Notes under the pieces: generated by a model
Told to the model about the DNA's origin: nothing
The model's database searches: none
The model's input: only the letters and a program-made list of their open reading frames with translations
In this document: positions 1-11,898 of the stretch, in pieces
Layout: the number at the start of each line of letters is the position of its first letter
Numbering within the stretch: position 1 is the first letter of the stretch
Translations under genes and position numbers: made by a program
NCBI GenBank assembly: GCA_963747165.1
Contig: CAVVEA010000012.1
Coordinates: 114,595 to 178,594 of the forward strand
Length of the DNA stretch: 64,000 nucleotides
Direction: 5' to 3'
Source: an uncultured Alphaproteobacteria bacterium
GTDB taxonomy: Bacteria > Pseudomonadota > Alphaproteobacteria > Rhizobiales > Xanthobacteraceae

Positions 1-521
1 CATGCTTTGCCGGCACGCTGGCCGAACTCGTGTTGGCGGCAGACCGCTCCTACATGCTGATCGGCTCGAGGCAGGGCGACAACCGTGACTCGCCGACGAT
101 CGAACTCTCCGCCATGAACTTTGGGCCTTACCCGATGAGCCACGGGCTGACGCGGCTGCAGTCGCGCTTTCAGGCTGACCCGTCCGATCTCGAGCGCGCG
201 CGGGCAAAAATCGGCGAGGCCATCGATGCCGAAGAGGCCGAGCAACTCGGCCTCGTCACCTTCGCGCTCGACGATATCGACTGGGATGACGAGGTCAGGG
301 TGTTCTTTGAGGAGCGTGCCAGCTTCTCGCCCGACAGCCTCACCGGCATGGAAGCGAACTTGCGCTTCGTCGGGCCCGAGACCATGGAATCGAAAATCTT
401 CTCGCGCCTGACGGCGTGGCAGAACTGGATCTTCCAGCGCCCCAACGCCGTCGGCGAAAACGGCGCGCTGCGACGCTACGGCACCGGCCAGAAGGCGCAG
501 TTCGATATGACGAGAGTGTAG
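1..521 (+). CDS. boxC: 2,3-epoxybenzoyl-CoA dihydrolase (BoxC), 3' part; truncated by the window edge
   Basis: Frame is open from position 3 (CFAGTLAELVLAADRSYML...). The C-terminus ...RLTAWQNWIFQRPNAVGE.GAL..YGTG is typical of BoxC. Directly upstream of boxB. Confidence 0.85.
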   Translation, partial: CFAGTLAELVLAADRSYMLIGSRQGDNRDSPTIELSAMNFGPYPMSHGLTRLQSRFQADPSDLERARAKIGEAIDAEEAEQLGLVTFALDDIDWDDEVRVFFEERASFSPDSLTGMEANLRFVGPETMESKIFSRLTAWQNWIFQRPNAVGENGALRRYGTGQKAQFDMTRV

Positions 522-529
522 CAGGAGGG

Positions 530-613
530 GCGAATAGCGAGTGGCGAATAGCGAATGGTAGGCCGCCGCTTCTCCATGTCTCTTCTATTCGCTACTCGCC
601 ATTCGTTATTCGC
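530..613. repeat. Inverted repeat built from tandem GCGAATA-like heptamers
   Basis: Left arm GCGAATA-GCGAGTG-GCGAATA-GCGAATG (530-557); right arm TATTCGC-TACTCGC-CATTCGT-TATTCGC (586-613). Second copy at 23876-23934. Confidence 0.85.
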
Positions 614-653
614 CTTCTAAGCAACGAATTCAAGCCCAGCAGGGAGTTCCGCC

Positions 654-2099
<1,446 letters not shown>

Positions 2100-2105
2100 C
2101 GTCCT

Positions 2106-2226
2106 CGTCGTCCCGGCGAACGCCGGGACCCATACGCCGTGTCGTATCTTTAGGGCAGGGTGGTCGACACCTTGTGCTACCAACCGCCTTCGGTGGTTAT
2201 GAGTCCCGGCGTTCGCCGGGACGACG
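2106..2226. repeat. REPIN-like inverted pair of CGTC-type REP palindromes
   Basis: CGTC-GTCCCGGCGAACGCCGGGAC-CCA at 2106-2132 and an inverted copy ending GACG at 2226. Confidence 0.85.
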
Positions 2227-2252
2227 CCATTTTTGCCTAATCAAGCCCTCAT

Positions 2253-3059
2253 CTAATCCCACCCGTCTCCCTTGATCCCCGCATTCGCGTAAACGATGCC
2301 GCCATCGACGGCGATGGTGTTGCCGACCACGTAATCGCCGGCGCGGGAGGCGAGATAGATCGCGGCGCCCGCCATGTCCTCATCGGTGCCGATGCGGCCG
2401 GACGGCACCCGCGTCGCGACTTCATCGGCATTGTCGCGCGCCGCCTTGTTCATGTCGGACTTGAACGGTCCCGGGGCGATCGCCGTGACCACGATGTGGT
2501 CGCGGATCAGTTTCACCGCCATTCGCCGCGTCAGATGGATCAGGCCGGACTTGCTGGCGGCATAGGAATACGTCTCCATCGGATTGACGAAGATGCCGTC
2601 GATGGAAGCGATGTTGATGACCTTGGCGGGCCGCGCAGCGGTCGCGTCCGCGCGCAAGGGGGCGGCCAGCGCCTTGGTCAGGAAGAACGGCGTCTTGAGA
2701 TTGAGGTTCATCACCTTGTCCCAGCCGCTCTCGGGAAATTCGTCGAAGTCAGCGCCCCACGCAGCACCGGCATTGTTGACCAGGATATCCAGCTTCGGTT
2801 CGCGCTTCTTGATTTCGGCTGCCAGCATCTCGATGCCGGCCATGGTGGAGATGTCGATCGGCAGCGCGATGCATTCGCCGTCATGGGCCGCAGTCAGCTC
2901 TTTCGCGGTGGCCTCGCAGGGGCCCGCCTTGCGCGCGGTGATGTAAACCTTCGCCGCGCCCTGGCTGAGAAATCCAGCCGCGATCATCTTGCCGATGCCG
3001 CGCGATCCCCCGGTCACCAGCGCGACACGGCCCTTGAGCGAAAACAGATCCTTCAACAT
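2253..3059 (-). CDS. Short-chain dehydrogenase/reductase (RhlG/FabG-like)
   Basis: TGGSRGIG cofactor motif, NNAG, YSYAASK catalytic YxxxK. Confidence 0.9.
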   Translation of the reverse strand: MLKDLFSLKGRVALVTGGSRGIGKMIAAGFLSQGAAKVYITARKAGPCEATAKELTAAHDGECIALPIDISTMAGIEMLAAEIKKREPKLDILVNNAGAAWGADFDEFPESGWDKVMNLNLKTPFFLTKALAAPLRADATAARPAKVINIASIDGIFVNPMETYSYAASKSGLIHLTRRMAVKLIRDHIVVTAIAPGPFKSDMNKAARDNADEVATRVPSGRIGTDEDMAGAAIYLASRAGDYVVGNTIAVDGGIVYANAGIKGDGWD

Positions 3060-3124
3060 GCGTTCCTCCGTTGATCTTGTCAGCGGTTTTGGGCGCGGGA
3101 GGAAGATGAGTCAAGGAACACACT

Positions 3125-3152
3125 CGTCGTCCCCGCGTTCGCGGGGACGACG
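3125..3152. repeat. Perfect REP-derived hairpin, possible terminator
   Basis: CGTCGTCCCCGCG-TT-CGCGGGGACGACG, lying just 3' of the deacetylase stop codon. Confidence 0.7.
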
Positions 3153-3160
3153 CTACTTGA

Positions 3161-4219
3161 TTATGCCGCGTCGATACGCCGAAAACCGTTCCACATTGCG
3201 GTGGCGGCGCCCGAGGTCAGTACCGGCGGAATGTGCGCCTCTTGATAATGGCCGTTGAGCGAGACGCGCTGCAGCGCGGTCAGATGATCGGCGCTTTCGG
3301 GAAAGATCATGCCCGGCCGCGTCGTTACCGCGGTCTTGAATCCAGCCGCGCGGGCCAGCGCGAACTCGCGGGGACCCGCCGCGATCTTGTCGCCATAGGG
3401 ATAGGCGAGATGGAGGGCGGGGCGCTGCAGGGCGCTTTCGATCCGCGCCCGGCTGACCGCCATTTCATGGGCCGCGATCGCTTCGGTCTCGCTGGCGAGA
3501 TTGCAATGCGTAATCGTATGCGCGCCGATCGTGACCAGGGGATCGTCCGCGAACGGCTTCAATTCATCCCAGGACATGCAGAGTTCGCGGCAGATGGCGG
3601 TTTCATCGACGCCGTGACGTGCGCACAGCGCGCTGATCTCGCGACGGACATCATCCGCCCCGGGCAACAGGCGCAGCCAGTCATGCAGGCGGTCGAATGC
3701 CGCCTGCTTGGCCGACGCCGTCGAGGTATCGAGGCGCGTCGGCGTCTCCCCGATGGTCACTTCGACGACAGAAGCCCTGGCGATCACCATTTCCAGCGCG
3801 ACCCACCACAGCCGGCCGCTGCCTTCGGCGAAATCGCTCGCGACATAGACGGCAAAGGGCGCTTCAAATTCCCGCATTACCGGTAGCGCGTAATCGCGGT
3901 TGTCGCGATAGCCGTCGTCGAGCGTGAAGCAGGCAAAGCGCCGCGAAAACCGACGCTCGACCAGCCGCAGGTGAGCTTCGTCCATGGTGATGATATCGAT
4001 ACCGCCCGCGCGAAGATGTGCGAGCATCGCCCGCAGAAACTCCGGCGCCACCTCGAGGTGGCGGTTGGGCTGGAACTCGGCCTCGCGCCGGGGCCGGACG
4101 TGGTGCAGCATGAAAATGGCGCCCACGCCTGCGAACAAAGGTCGCAGCAGATGGTACGCGCCGGTGAAGTAAAGCGCTCCCAGTCCGGCGCGGATGACGT
4201 TGGTGCGAAGCTGCTTCAT
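3161..4219 (-). CDS. Polysaccharide deacetylase (NodB/CE4 family)
   Basis: TLDDGY motif, GAHTITH, AYPYG. Start placed at MKQLRT (4219). Confidence 0.85.
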   Translation of the reverse strand: MKQLRTNVIRAGLGALYFTGAYHLLRPLFAGVGAIFMLHHVRPRREAEFQPNRHLEVAPEFLRAMLAHLRAGGIDIITMDEAHLRLVERRFSRRFACFTLDDGYRDNRDYALPVMREFEAPFAVYVASDFAEGSGRLWWVALEMVIARASVVEVTIGETPTRLDTSTASAKQAAFDRLHDWLRLLPGADDVRREISALCARHGVDETAICRELCMSWDELKPFADDPLVTIGAHTITHCNLASETEAIAAHEMAVSRARIESALQRPALHLAYPYGDKIAAGPREFALARAAGFKTAVTTRPGMIFPESADHLTALQRVSLNGHYQEAHIPPVLTSGAATAMWNGFRRIDAA

Positions 4220-4383
4220 GAGGTGTGGCTGGCCGGTTGGGCGTGGTTTCGAAGCTAGCCGGGGACCGCTGAAGAAACAGTTAGCCGGAAGCGTGGTCCG
4301 GCGCCGGACCATTCCGCTCATTTCCAGTTTGACAGCCCGGCAAGGGTTTGTTTTCTCTCCGTTCCAGACCCGCGGGACATCGA

Positions 4384-5778
4384 ATGCACGGACTTTTCAA
4401 GTGGAGTAGCAAATGGTGGCCGGGCGTCATTCCACTGGTCGTTTTCTGGGTGATTGCAGCCTGGACGAGTACTCCGCCGCTGGAAGCCGATCTGGCCGCC
4501 CGTAGCGCCACCGCGGTCAAGGATACCCTGCTGGACAAGCGCAGGATCGCCGTCGCCGGCCGCGACGTCACCTTTGGGGCGGACGCTTTCTCGGAAGAGG
4601 GCCGTCGCGGCGCGGTTGCCTCGGTGGAAGCCGTACCGGGTGTGCGGCTCGTCAACGATGAAACCCGCCTCGTTCCGGAAGCTACGCCGTTCGTCTGGTC
4701 GGCGGAGCGGGACGTCGTCCGGGTGACGTTGGGGGGCAGTTCGCCTTTGCCCGCCAGCAAGGGCAAGTTGGTCGAGGCGGCACGCGCCGGCCTCGGCGGC
4801 GTCGAGGTCGTCGATCAGATGAAGTTGTCGCGGGGCGCGCCGCCGCTTTTCGACAACGCCGCGTTGCTGCTGCTGGACCAGATCGGCAAGCTCAAGGACG
4901 GCAAGATCACGATTTCAGACACCAAAGTCAGCCTTTCCGGCATGGCGCGCGATCTTGGCGGCCGCGAAGCCATCGCGGCGGCGTTGAAAAATCTTCCCGA
5001 GGGGTTTTCGGTTGCCGCCAATGAGATCAAGGCGCCGCCTTATGTGTTCCAAGCCTACAAGGATCCGGTCGCATCGACGCTGACGCTGACCGGTTATGTG
5101 CCCGACAGCAATGTCCAGACGGCGCTCACGACCACGGCGGGCCGCAAGTTCTTCAGCGAAAAGGTGGTCGATAATCTCAAGGCCAGCGTCGGCGCACCTT
5201 CCGGCTTCGCCAATGCGGTGGTGCCGGCGCTGGGCGCGCTGTCGCGGCTGTCGACGGGGACGCTGGTGGTGTCCGACCGGGAGGTCAAACTCTCCGGCGA
5301 TGCGTTCTACGATGCAGCGGCGGCTCAAATCCGGGCCGGCCTCGGCAAGGATTTCCCGCAGGGCTGGCAATTCAAGGCCGACATTTCGGTCAAGCCGACG
5401 TCCGCGCCGGTCGATGCGACCGTATGCCAGCAATTGCTGTCGGATCTGTTGGCCAAGGGAAAGGTCCGCTTCGAATCCGGGCGCGCCACCATCGATGCGG
5501 ATTCGGCGGGACTGCTCGATCGTCTGATCGAAACGGCGTTGCGCTGCCCATCCGTCAATATCGAGATCGCGGGCCACACCGACGGCGACGGCGAGGACGG
5601 CTTCAATCAGGCGCTGTCGGAAAAGCGGGCGCAGGCGGTCGTGGACTATCTGGTGAAGGTCGGCCTGCCGGCGAGCCGCTTCAGCGCGGTCGGCTATGGC
5701 AGCACCCAGCCGGTCGCGTCCAATGATACCGACGAGGGCAAGGCGCGGAACCGCCGCATCGATTTCGTGGTGAGGTAA
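4384..5778 (+). CDS. Membrane-anchored BON-domain plus OmpA-like peptidoglycan-binding protein (Rv0899/ArfA-like architecture)
   Basis: N-terminal TM segment, repeated BON-like modules (V.L.G, TLTGYVPD), C-terminal GHTD...N..LSEKRA..V...GYG..QP...N.T..G.A.NRR. Confidence 0.85.
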   Translation: MHGLFKWSSKWWPGVIPLVVFWVIAAWTSTPPLEADLAARSATAVKDTLLDKRRIAVAGRDVTFGADAFSEEGRRGAVASVEAVPGVRLVNDETRLVPEATPFVWSAERDVVRVTLGGSSPLPASKGKLVEAARAGLGGVEVVDQMKLSRGAPPLFDNAALLLLDQIGKLKDGKITISDTKVSLSGMARDLGGREAIAAALKNLPEGFSVAANEIKAPPYVFQAYKDPVASTLTLTGYVPDSNVQTALTTTAGRKFFSEKVVDNLKASVGAPSGFANAVVPALGALSRLSTGTLVVSDREVKLSGDAFYDAAAAQIRAGLGKDFPQGWQFKADISVKPTSAPVDATVCQQLLSDLLAKGKVRFESGRATIDADSAGLLDRLIETALRCPSVNIEIAGHTDGDGEDGFNQALSEKRAQAVVDYLVKVGLPASRFSAVGYGSTQPVASNDTDEGKARNRRIDFVVR

Positions 5779-5784
5779 CGGCGA

Positions 5785-6081
5785 ATGGCGTATCTGATCA
5801 TGTTTCATTGGGGCTGGTTGCTGGCGGCGCTGTTGCTCGGCCTCGCGATGGGCTGGATCGCCGTCGTTCACCGGGGGCCGGTTGTCCCGAGGCTGGCGGC
5901 GCTGTGCCTGGCGGGGTTGGCCGCGGCGCTGGTCGTGGCGGCGCTTGCGCGCCTGATACCGGGCCGCCCCGGCTATTGGCTCGACCTCGGTCTCATCATG
6001 TTTGCCTTGTACCTGGCCGGCTGCGCGGTGGGATCTTGGTTGCGCGACTGGGCGATCTCGCGTCATGCGCCGGCGGCCTGA
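5785..6081 (+). CDS. Small hydrophobic membrane protein, coupled to the BON-OmpA gene
   Basis: 98 aa with about 3 hydrophobic segments; 6-nt gap after the upstream stop; GAGG RBS. Confidence 0.75.
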   Translation: MAYLIMFHWGWLLAALLLGLAMGWIAVVHRGPVVPRLAALCLAGLAAALVVAALARLIPGRPGYWLDLGLIMFALYLAGCAVGSWLRDWAISRHAPAA

Positions 6082-6382
6082 GATTTCGGCCTGACAATCG
6101 CTGTGGCGACCGGTAAAATTCGCCGCCTGACATCACGAAAACTTCACCACCGCGCCTGCAAGGTCGCGCCGGGGGTTGGCGTTGCCGGAGCGGCTGCAGC
6201 AAAACTGTGCATCCGGTGTCATGAGCCTCTAATATGTTGAAGAAGCGTGTTTTATTTGGGCCCAGGCGAATTCCACTTCGGCTCAAAACGCGCTACGACA
6301 TCGTGCCAGGGAGCAAACGTGGCGCGGACGGCGGCGGAGTTCGCACGGCGCCCGTCGTCGTGGATCGCAATTCGAGGTGGAG

Positions 6383-7438
6383 ATGCTGGAAGCAATACGC
6401 AGGGCGGTTTCGTTTCTGCGCCAGAAGCAAATCCTGCACAAACTAGGTGTTGTGGTCAGCATCACGGTCATCGGGATCGCGTGCTACGTACTTTACCATA
6501 TGCTGCGGGGCATCGATACCAACGAGGTCATCGAGGCCATTAAGTCGACCGAGCCGCGCCAGATCGTGCTGGCGGCTCTGTTCGTGACGGCGGGTTATTT
6601 CACCCTGACCTTCTACGATCTGTTCGCGGTTCGCACGATCGGCCGCACCGACATTCCCTACCGCGTCAACGCGCTCGCCGCCTTCACCTCCTATTCGATC
6701 GGGCATAATGTCGGGGCCAGCGTCTTCACCGGCGGCGCGGTGCGCTATCGCATCTATTCCGCGTGGGGACTGAACGCGATCGACGTCGCCAAGATCTGCT
6801 TTCTGGCCGGCCTGACATTCTGGCTCGGCAATGCCGCGGTGCTGGGACTGGGCATCGCCTTCCATCCGGAAGCGGCCGCCGCGATCGACCAGCTGCCACC
6901 CTGGCTGAACCGCGTCACCGCGTTCGCGATCATCGTCGCGCTGGTGGCCTATGTGGTCTGGGTGTGGACGCAACCGCGGCGGGTTGGCCGCGGGCCATGG
7001 ACCGTGGTGCTGCCGGGCGGTCCGTTGACGCTGCTGCAGATCGCGATCGGAATTGTCGATCTCGGTTTTTGCGCGCTGGCGATGTACGTGCTGGTGCCGG
7101 ACGAACCCAATCTCGGCTTTGTCGTGGTCGCGGTCATCTTTGTCTCGGCGACGCTGCTGGGCTTTGCCAGTCATTCGCCCGGCGGTCTCGGCGTATTCGA
7201 TGCGGCCATGCTGGTCGGGCTGTGGCAGATGGACCGGGAAGACCTGCTCGCGGGAATGCTGCTGTTTCGTGTTCTCTATTATCTGGCGCCGTTTGTCATA
7301 TCTGTAATCTTGCTGACGCTTCGGGAGCTTATATTGGGTGCGCGGCTGAAGCGCCTGCGCCAGGCGAAACCGGGCCATGACGACGAGCCGAAACACGAAG
7401 CCGTCTATGTTCGCAAGCGCGGGGATACCGGCGCCTGA
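6383..7438 (+). CDS. Lysylphosphatidylglycerol synthase TM-domain (UPF0104/YbhN) membrane protein
   Basis: Multi-TM protein with GGAVRYRIYS and SHSPGGLGVFDA motifs typical of MprF flippase-like domains. Confidence 0.8.
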   Translation: MLEAIRRAVSFLRQKQILHKLGVVVSITVIGIACYVLYHMLRGIDTNEVIEAIKSTEPRQIVLAALFVTAGYFTLTFYDLFAVRTIGRTDIPYRVNALAAFTSYSIGHNVGASVFTGGAVRYRIYSAWGLNAIDVAKICFLAGLTFWLGNAAVLGLGIAFHPEAAAAIDQLPPWLNRVTAFAIIVALVAYVVWVWTQPRRVGRGPWTVVLPGGPLTLLQIAIGIVDLGFCALAMYVLVPDEPNLGFVVVAVIFVSATLLGFASHSPGGLGVFDAAMLVGLWQMDREDLLAGMLLFRVLYYLAPFVISVILLTLRELILGARLKRLRQAKPGHDDEPKHEAVYVRKRGDTGA

Positions 7439-7471
7439 CGATAGCGACCCGAAGGGAAGAGAACCGGCCCG

Positions 7472-8776
7472 ATGGCAATAGACGATTCTTCTGCTTCCAT
7501 CTTCTCGCCGTGGCCCGACCGGCTGCGGCATTCCGCCATTATCCTGCTTGCCGCGGGTCTCGCTTTGACCGTGCTCGTCATCTTCGGCGAATTGGCGCTG
7601 GTCCGCGCCGCCGCGGTGTTCATCTGCATCGGTGCGGCCGCGCTGGTGCCCTGGCGGCTGCATGACGCGGTCGCCTCGCGCGAGGATGTGCGCGGCGTCA
7701 ACCCGGTCGAGACGGCTGCCGTCAGCGCCGTCGTTGCCGGAATGCCGGATCCCGCGGTGCTGCTTGACCGTGCCGGCCGGGTCATCCACCTCAATGCGGC
7801 GGCGGCGCAGCTTGCGCCGGCGTTGCGCAAGAACGAACTCGCGCAGTTCGCCTTGCGCTCGCCCGAAATCATCACCGCGCTGCGCGAAGCCATCGCCACC
7901 ACGGAACCCCGGCGCGCCACCTATCTCGATCACGTGCCGGTCGATCGCTGGATGGAGCTGATCATCGCGCCGGTGCCGGTGCCGACGCTGTTCGGCGGCA
8001 CCGACAAATGCATGCTGATGACGTTCCACGACCAGACGCCGCTGCGCCGGGTCGAGGAAATGCGCGCCGACTTCGTCGCCAATGCCAGCCACGAACTGCG
8101 CACGCCGCTGGCGGCGCTGTCGGGCTTCATCGATACGCTGCAGGGGCCGGCCAAGGACGACGCCAAGGCGCGCGAGCGCTTTCTCGGCATCATGCACGCG
8201 CAGGCCACCCGGATGGCGCGGCTGATCGACGATCTGCTGTCGCTGTCGCGGGTCGAACTGTCAGCCCATGTCCGCCCCGATACGCTGGTGGATATCGTCC
8301 CGATCATCCGGCAGGTCGCCGACGGGCTGGAACCGCTGGCGCGGGAACGTCAGGTCACCATCCAGATCGATCTGCCGGATGCGCCGGTGACGATCGCGGG
8401 AGACCGCGAAGAGCTGTTGCGGCTGTTCGAGAACCTGATCGAGAACGCGCTGAAATATGGCGCCTCCGGCGGCAAGGTCATCGTGTCGCTCACCTCGGCG
8501 GTATCCGGCGACGGCGCGCCCGAAGTCCGGGTCATGGTGCGCGATTTCGGCCCCGGCATCGCCCCCGAACATCTGCCGCGGCTGACCGAACGGTTCTATC
8601 GGGTCGATGTCGGCGACAGCCGCGCGCAGGGTGGAACCGGGCTCGGTTTATCGCTGGTGAAACATATTCTTAACCGCCATCGGGGCCGGCTTTTGATCGA
8701 AAGCGTGCCGAAAAAGGGCGCTACCTTCACCGCCTGTTTTCCCCAGTCCCGGACTCCGCCAGAGAGCCAAAGCTAA
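7472..8776 (+). CDS. phoR: Phosphate regulon sensor histidine kinase PhoR
   Basis: PAS domain, H-box DFVANASHELRTPL, ENALKY, DFGPGI, FYRVD, GTGLGL; directly upstream of the pst operon. Confidence 0.9.
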   Translation: MAIDDSSASIFSPWPDRLRHSAIILLAAGLALTVLVIFGELALVRAAAVFICIGAAALVPWRLHDAVASREDVRGVNPVETAAVSAVVAGMPDPAVLLDRAGRVIHLNAAAAQLAPALRKNELAQFALRSPEIITALREAIATTEPRRATYLDHVPVDRWMELIIAPVPVPTLFGGTDKCMLMTFHDQTPLRRVEEMRADFVANASHELRTPLAALSGFIDTLQGPAKDDAKARERFLGIMHAQATRMARLIDDLLSLSRVELSAHVRPDTLVDIVPIIRQVADGLEPLARERQVTIQIDLPDAPVTIAGDREELLRLFENLIENALKYGASGGKVIVSLTSAVSGDGAPEVRVMVRDFGPGIAPEHLPRLTERFYRVDVGDSRAQGGTGLGLSLVKHILNRHRGRLLIESVPKKGATFTACFPQSRTPPESQS

Positions 8777-8796
8777 GTTGTTTCAATAGCTTGGCT

Positions 8797-8814
8797 GTGT
8801 CATCCAGCTGTCAC
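8797..8814 (+). promoter_or_regulatory. PHO box upstream of pstS
   Basis: GTGTCAT-CCAG-CTGTCAC fits the PhoB consensus of 7-nt direct repeats at 11-nt period; about 100 nt before the pstS start. Confidence 0.8.
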
Positions 8815-8912
8815 CAAACCTTCGTAAAAGCAGCATTGACCGCACTTACACGGATGCGGCGTGAGCGCAATCGGGCGCATCCGGCGCTTCGCTCACAAAA
8901 TGGAGACCAGCA

Positions 8913-9923
8913 ATGAATTTCGTCAAAACAATCGTCGCTGCCGGCCTGGTCGCCGCATCGACGTCGGCATTCGCGGCCGACATCACCGGAGCGGGTGCGA
9001 CGTTCCCGTTCCCGATCTATTCGAAATGGGCCGATGCCTACAAGAAAGACACCGGCAACGGCCTGAACTACCAGTCGATCGGCTCCGGCGCCGGCATCAA
9101 GCAGATCCAGGCCAAGACCGTGACGTTCGGCGCTACCGATATGCCCCTGAAGGTTGAGCAGCTCGAGAAGGACGGCCTGGTGCAGTGGCCGATGGTGATG
9201 GGCGCGATCGTTCCGGTCGTGAACCTCGAAGGCATCAAGGCCGGCGAACTGGTGTTCGACGGCGAAACGCTGGCCAACATCTATCTCGGCAAGATCACCA
9301 AATGGGATGATCCGGCGATCGCCAAGCTCAATCCGAAGCTGAAGCTGCCGACCGACGCCATCACCGTGGTGCGCCGCTCCGACGGTTCGGGAACCACCTT
9401 CAACTTCACCGACTATCTGTCGAAGGCAAGCGCCGACTGGAAATCCAAGGTCGGTTCCGGCACCGCGGTCGAATGGCCGGCTGGCGTTGGCGCCAAGGGC
9501 AACGAAGGCGTCGCCGGCAATATCGGCCAGACCAAGAATTCGATCGGTTACGTCGAATACGCCTATGCCAAGCAGAACAAGCTGACCTACGCCGCCATGG
9601 TCAACAAGGCCGGCAAGACCGTGCAGCCGACGATCGCGGCGTTCCAGGCCGCGGCGTCGAATGCCGACTGGGCGAAGGCGCCCGGCTATTACGTGATCCT
9701 CACCGACCAGCCGGGTGAAGCTTCGTGGCCGATCACCGCGGCGACCTTCATCCTGATGCACAAGGAATCCACCGACAAGGCGGCGTCCGCCGAGGCGGTG
9801 AAGTTCTTCAAATGGGCTTTCGCCAAGGGCGACAAGATGGCGGAAGAGCTCGACTACATTCCGATGCCCGAGGCCGTGGTCAAGCTGATCGAGAAGACCT
9901 GGTCGGCCGATATCAAGAGCTGA
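8913..9923 (+). CDS. pstS: Phosphate ABC transporter substrate-binding protein PstS
   Basis: Signal peptide; [31 protein letters not shown]. Confidence 0.95.
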   Translation: MNFVKTIVAAGLVAASTSAFAADITGAGATFPFPIYSKWADAYKKDTGNGLNYQSIGSGAGIKQIQAKTVTFGATDMPLKVEQLEKDGLVQWPMVMGAIVPVVNLEGIKAGELVFDGETLANIYLGKITKWDDPAIAKLNPKLKLPTDAITVVRRSDGSGTTFNFTDYLSKASADWKSKVGSGTAVEWPAGVGAKGNEGVAGNIGQTKNSIGYVEYAYAKQNKLTYAAMVNKAGKTVQPTIAAFQAAASNADWAKAPGYYVILTDQPGEASWPITAATFILMHKESTDKAASAEAVKFFKWAFAKGDKMAEELDYIPMPEAVVKLIEKTWSADIKS

Positions 9924-10049
9924 CAAGGACATTGCCGGAGGAGCGGCTTGCCTCTCCTCCGGCGCCCTCTTGGGCCGCCGGCACAATATCCGGAAACAGG
10001 ATCGATGTCAGACCGGCGCATTTCTGGTAGCGTGAAAGAGGGGATCGGC

Positions 10050-11048
10050 GTGGCAGACATGGCTGTTCAAGGCGATGCGATCGAAGCCGCAGGGCCCTAT
10101 GATCGCGCCAGGGCGCTCAACGCCTTCAAGCTCGGCGACGTTACATTCTATTGGATCACCCGCATTTGCGCGATCTCGGTCCTGCTCATCCTTGGCGGCA
10201 TCATCCTGTCGCTGATCGCCGGCGCCTGGCCTGCGATGAAGCAGTACGGCTTTTCCTTCCTGTTCACATCGCGATGGGCGCCGTCGGCCGATCCGCCGGT
10301 GCTCGGCGCGCTCGGTCCGATCTACGGCACGCTGGTCACCTCCGTCATCGCGATGATGATCGCGATCCCGGTCGGACTGGGCATTGCGATCTTCCTGACC
10401 GAGCTTTGCCCGCAATGGCTGCGCCGCCCGATCGGCATCGCCGTGGAACTGCTCGCCGGCATCCCCTCGATCATTTACGGGATGTGGGGGTTCTTCGTGC
10501 TCGGTCCGTTCATGGCCGACACGTTTCAGCCGTTCATGATCAAGGTTTTCGACGGCGTCCCGGTTCTCGGCGCGATTTTCGCCGGCCCGCCGTCCTATCT
10601 CAGCCTGTTCAACGCGGCCCTGATCCTGGCGATCATGGTGCTGCCCTTCATCACCTCGATTTCGGTCGACGTGTTCAAGACGGTGCCGCCGGTGCTCAAG
10701 GAAGCCGCCTACGGCGTCGGCTGCACCACCTGGGAAGTGGTCCGCAACGTCGTGATCCCCTACACCCGCGTCGGCGTCATCGGCGGCATCATGCTGGCGC
10801 TCGGCCGCGCGCTCGGCGAGACCATGGCGGTGACCTTCATCATCGGCAACTCGTTCCGCATCTCCTCTTCGGTGTTTGCGCCGGGCACGACGATCTCGGC
10901 GGCGATCGCCTCCGAATTCGCCGAGAGCGACGGCCTGCATCAGTCCGGCCTGATCCTGCTCGGCCTGTTGCTGTTCGTACTGACCTTCTTCGTTCTGGCG
11001 GCGGCGCGGCTGATGCTGATGCGGCTGGAAAAGAAGGCGGGGAATTGA
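10050..11048 (+). CDS. pstC: Phosphate ABC transporter permease PstC
   Basis: [31 protein letters not shown] start chosen after the GAGGGG RBS. Confidence 0.93.
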   Translation: MADMAVQGDAIEAAGPYDRARALNAFKLGDVTFYWITRICAISVLLILGGIILSLIAGAWPAMKQYGFSFLFTSRWAPSADPPVLGALGPIYGTLVTSVIAMMIAIPVGLGIAIFLTELCPQWLRRPIGIAVELLAGIPSIIYGMWGFFVLGPFMADTFQPFMIKVFDGVPVLGAIFAGPPSYLSLFNAALILAIMVLPFITSISVDVFKTVPPVLKEAAYGVGCTTWEVVRNVVIPYTRVGVIGGIMLALGRALGETMAVTFIIGNSFRISSSVFAPGTTISAAIASEFAESDGLHQSGLILLGLLLFVLTFFVLAAARLMLMRLEKKAGN

Positions 11049-11052
11049 GATC

Positions 11053-11898
11053 ATGAACCCGATTTACGCGCGCCGGCGCCGCTTCGACATCATCGTCAAG
11101 TTCCTCTGTCTCGGCGCCGCGCTGTTCGGCGTCACCTGGCTGGCCTTGATCCTGTTCACGCTGTTCTTCAACGGCCTCGCCGGGCTCAATCTGCAGGTCT
11201 TCACCCAGAATACGCCGCCGCCGGGATCGACCGAAGGCGGCCTGCTGAATGCGATCACCGGCTCGGTCATCATGACCGTGATCGGCGTCGGCATCGGCGC
11301 GCCGCTAGGGCTGTTCGCCGGCACCTATCTGGCCGAATATGGCAGGAACGACCGCCTCACCTCGGTGATCCGCTTCATCAACGATATTCTGCTCAGCGCG
11401 CCGTCGATCATCATCGGCCTGTTCGTCTACGGCGCCATCGTGGTGCCGATGGGCGGGTTCTCGGCTTTCGCCGGATGCCTGGCGCTGGCGGTGATCGTCA
11501 TTCCCGTGGTGGTGCGCACCACCGAGGACATGCTGCTGCTGGTGCCCAATCCGCTGCGCGAGGCGGCGTCCGCGCTCGGCCTGCCGCGCTCGCTGGTGAT
11601 CAAGCGCATCGCCTACCGCGCCGCGCGCGCCGGCCTCATCACCGGCGTGCTGCTGGCGACGGCCCGCGTCGCCGGCGAGACCGCGCCCCTGCTGTTCACC
11701 GCACTGAGCAACCAGTTCTTCAGTCTCGACCTGACCAAGACCATGGCCAACCTGCCGGTGACCATCAACAACTTCGTGCAAAGCCCCTACGCCTACTGGA
11801 AGCAGCTGGCCTGGAGCGGCGCCCTGATTATCACCTTGACCGTACTTGCCCTGAATATTGGCGCGCGCATTCTGGGCGCCGAGAGGACAGCAAAATGA
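11053..11898 (+). CDS. pstA: Phosphate ABC transporter permease PstA
   Basis: [30 protein letters not shown]. Confidence 0.93.
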   Translation: MNPIYARRRRFDIIVKFLCLGAALFGVTWLALILFTLFFNGLAGLNLQVFTQNTPPPGSTEGGLLNAITGSVIMTVIGVGIGAPLGLFAGTYLAEYGRNDRLTSVIRFINDILLSAPSIIIGLFVYGAIVVPMGGFSAFAGCLALAVIVIPVVVRTTEDMLLLVPNPLREAASALGLPRSLVIKRIAYRAARAGLITGVLLATARVAGETAPLLFTALSNQFFSLDLTKTMANLPVTINNFVQSPYAYWKQLAWSGALIITLTVLALNIGARILGAERTAK

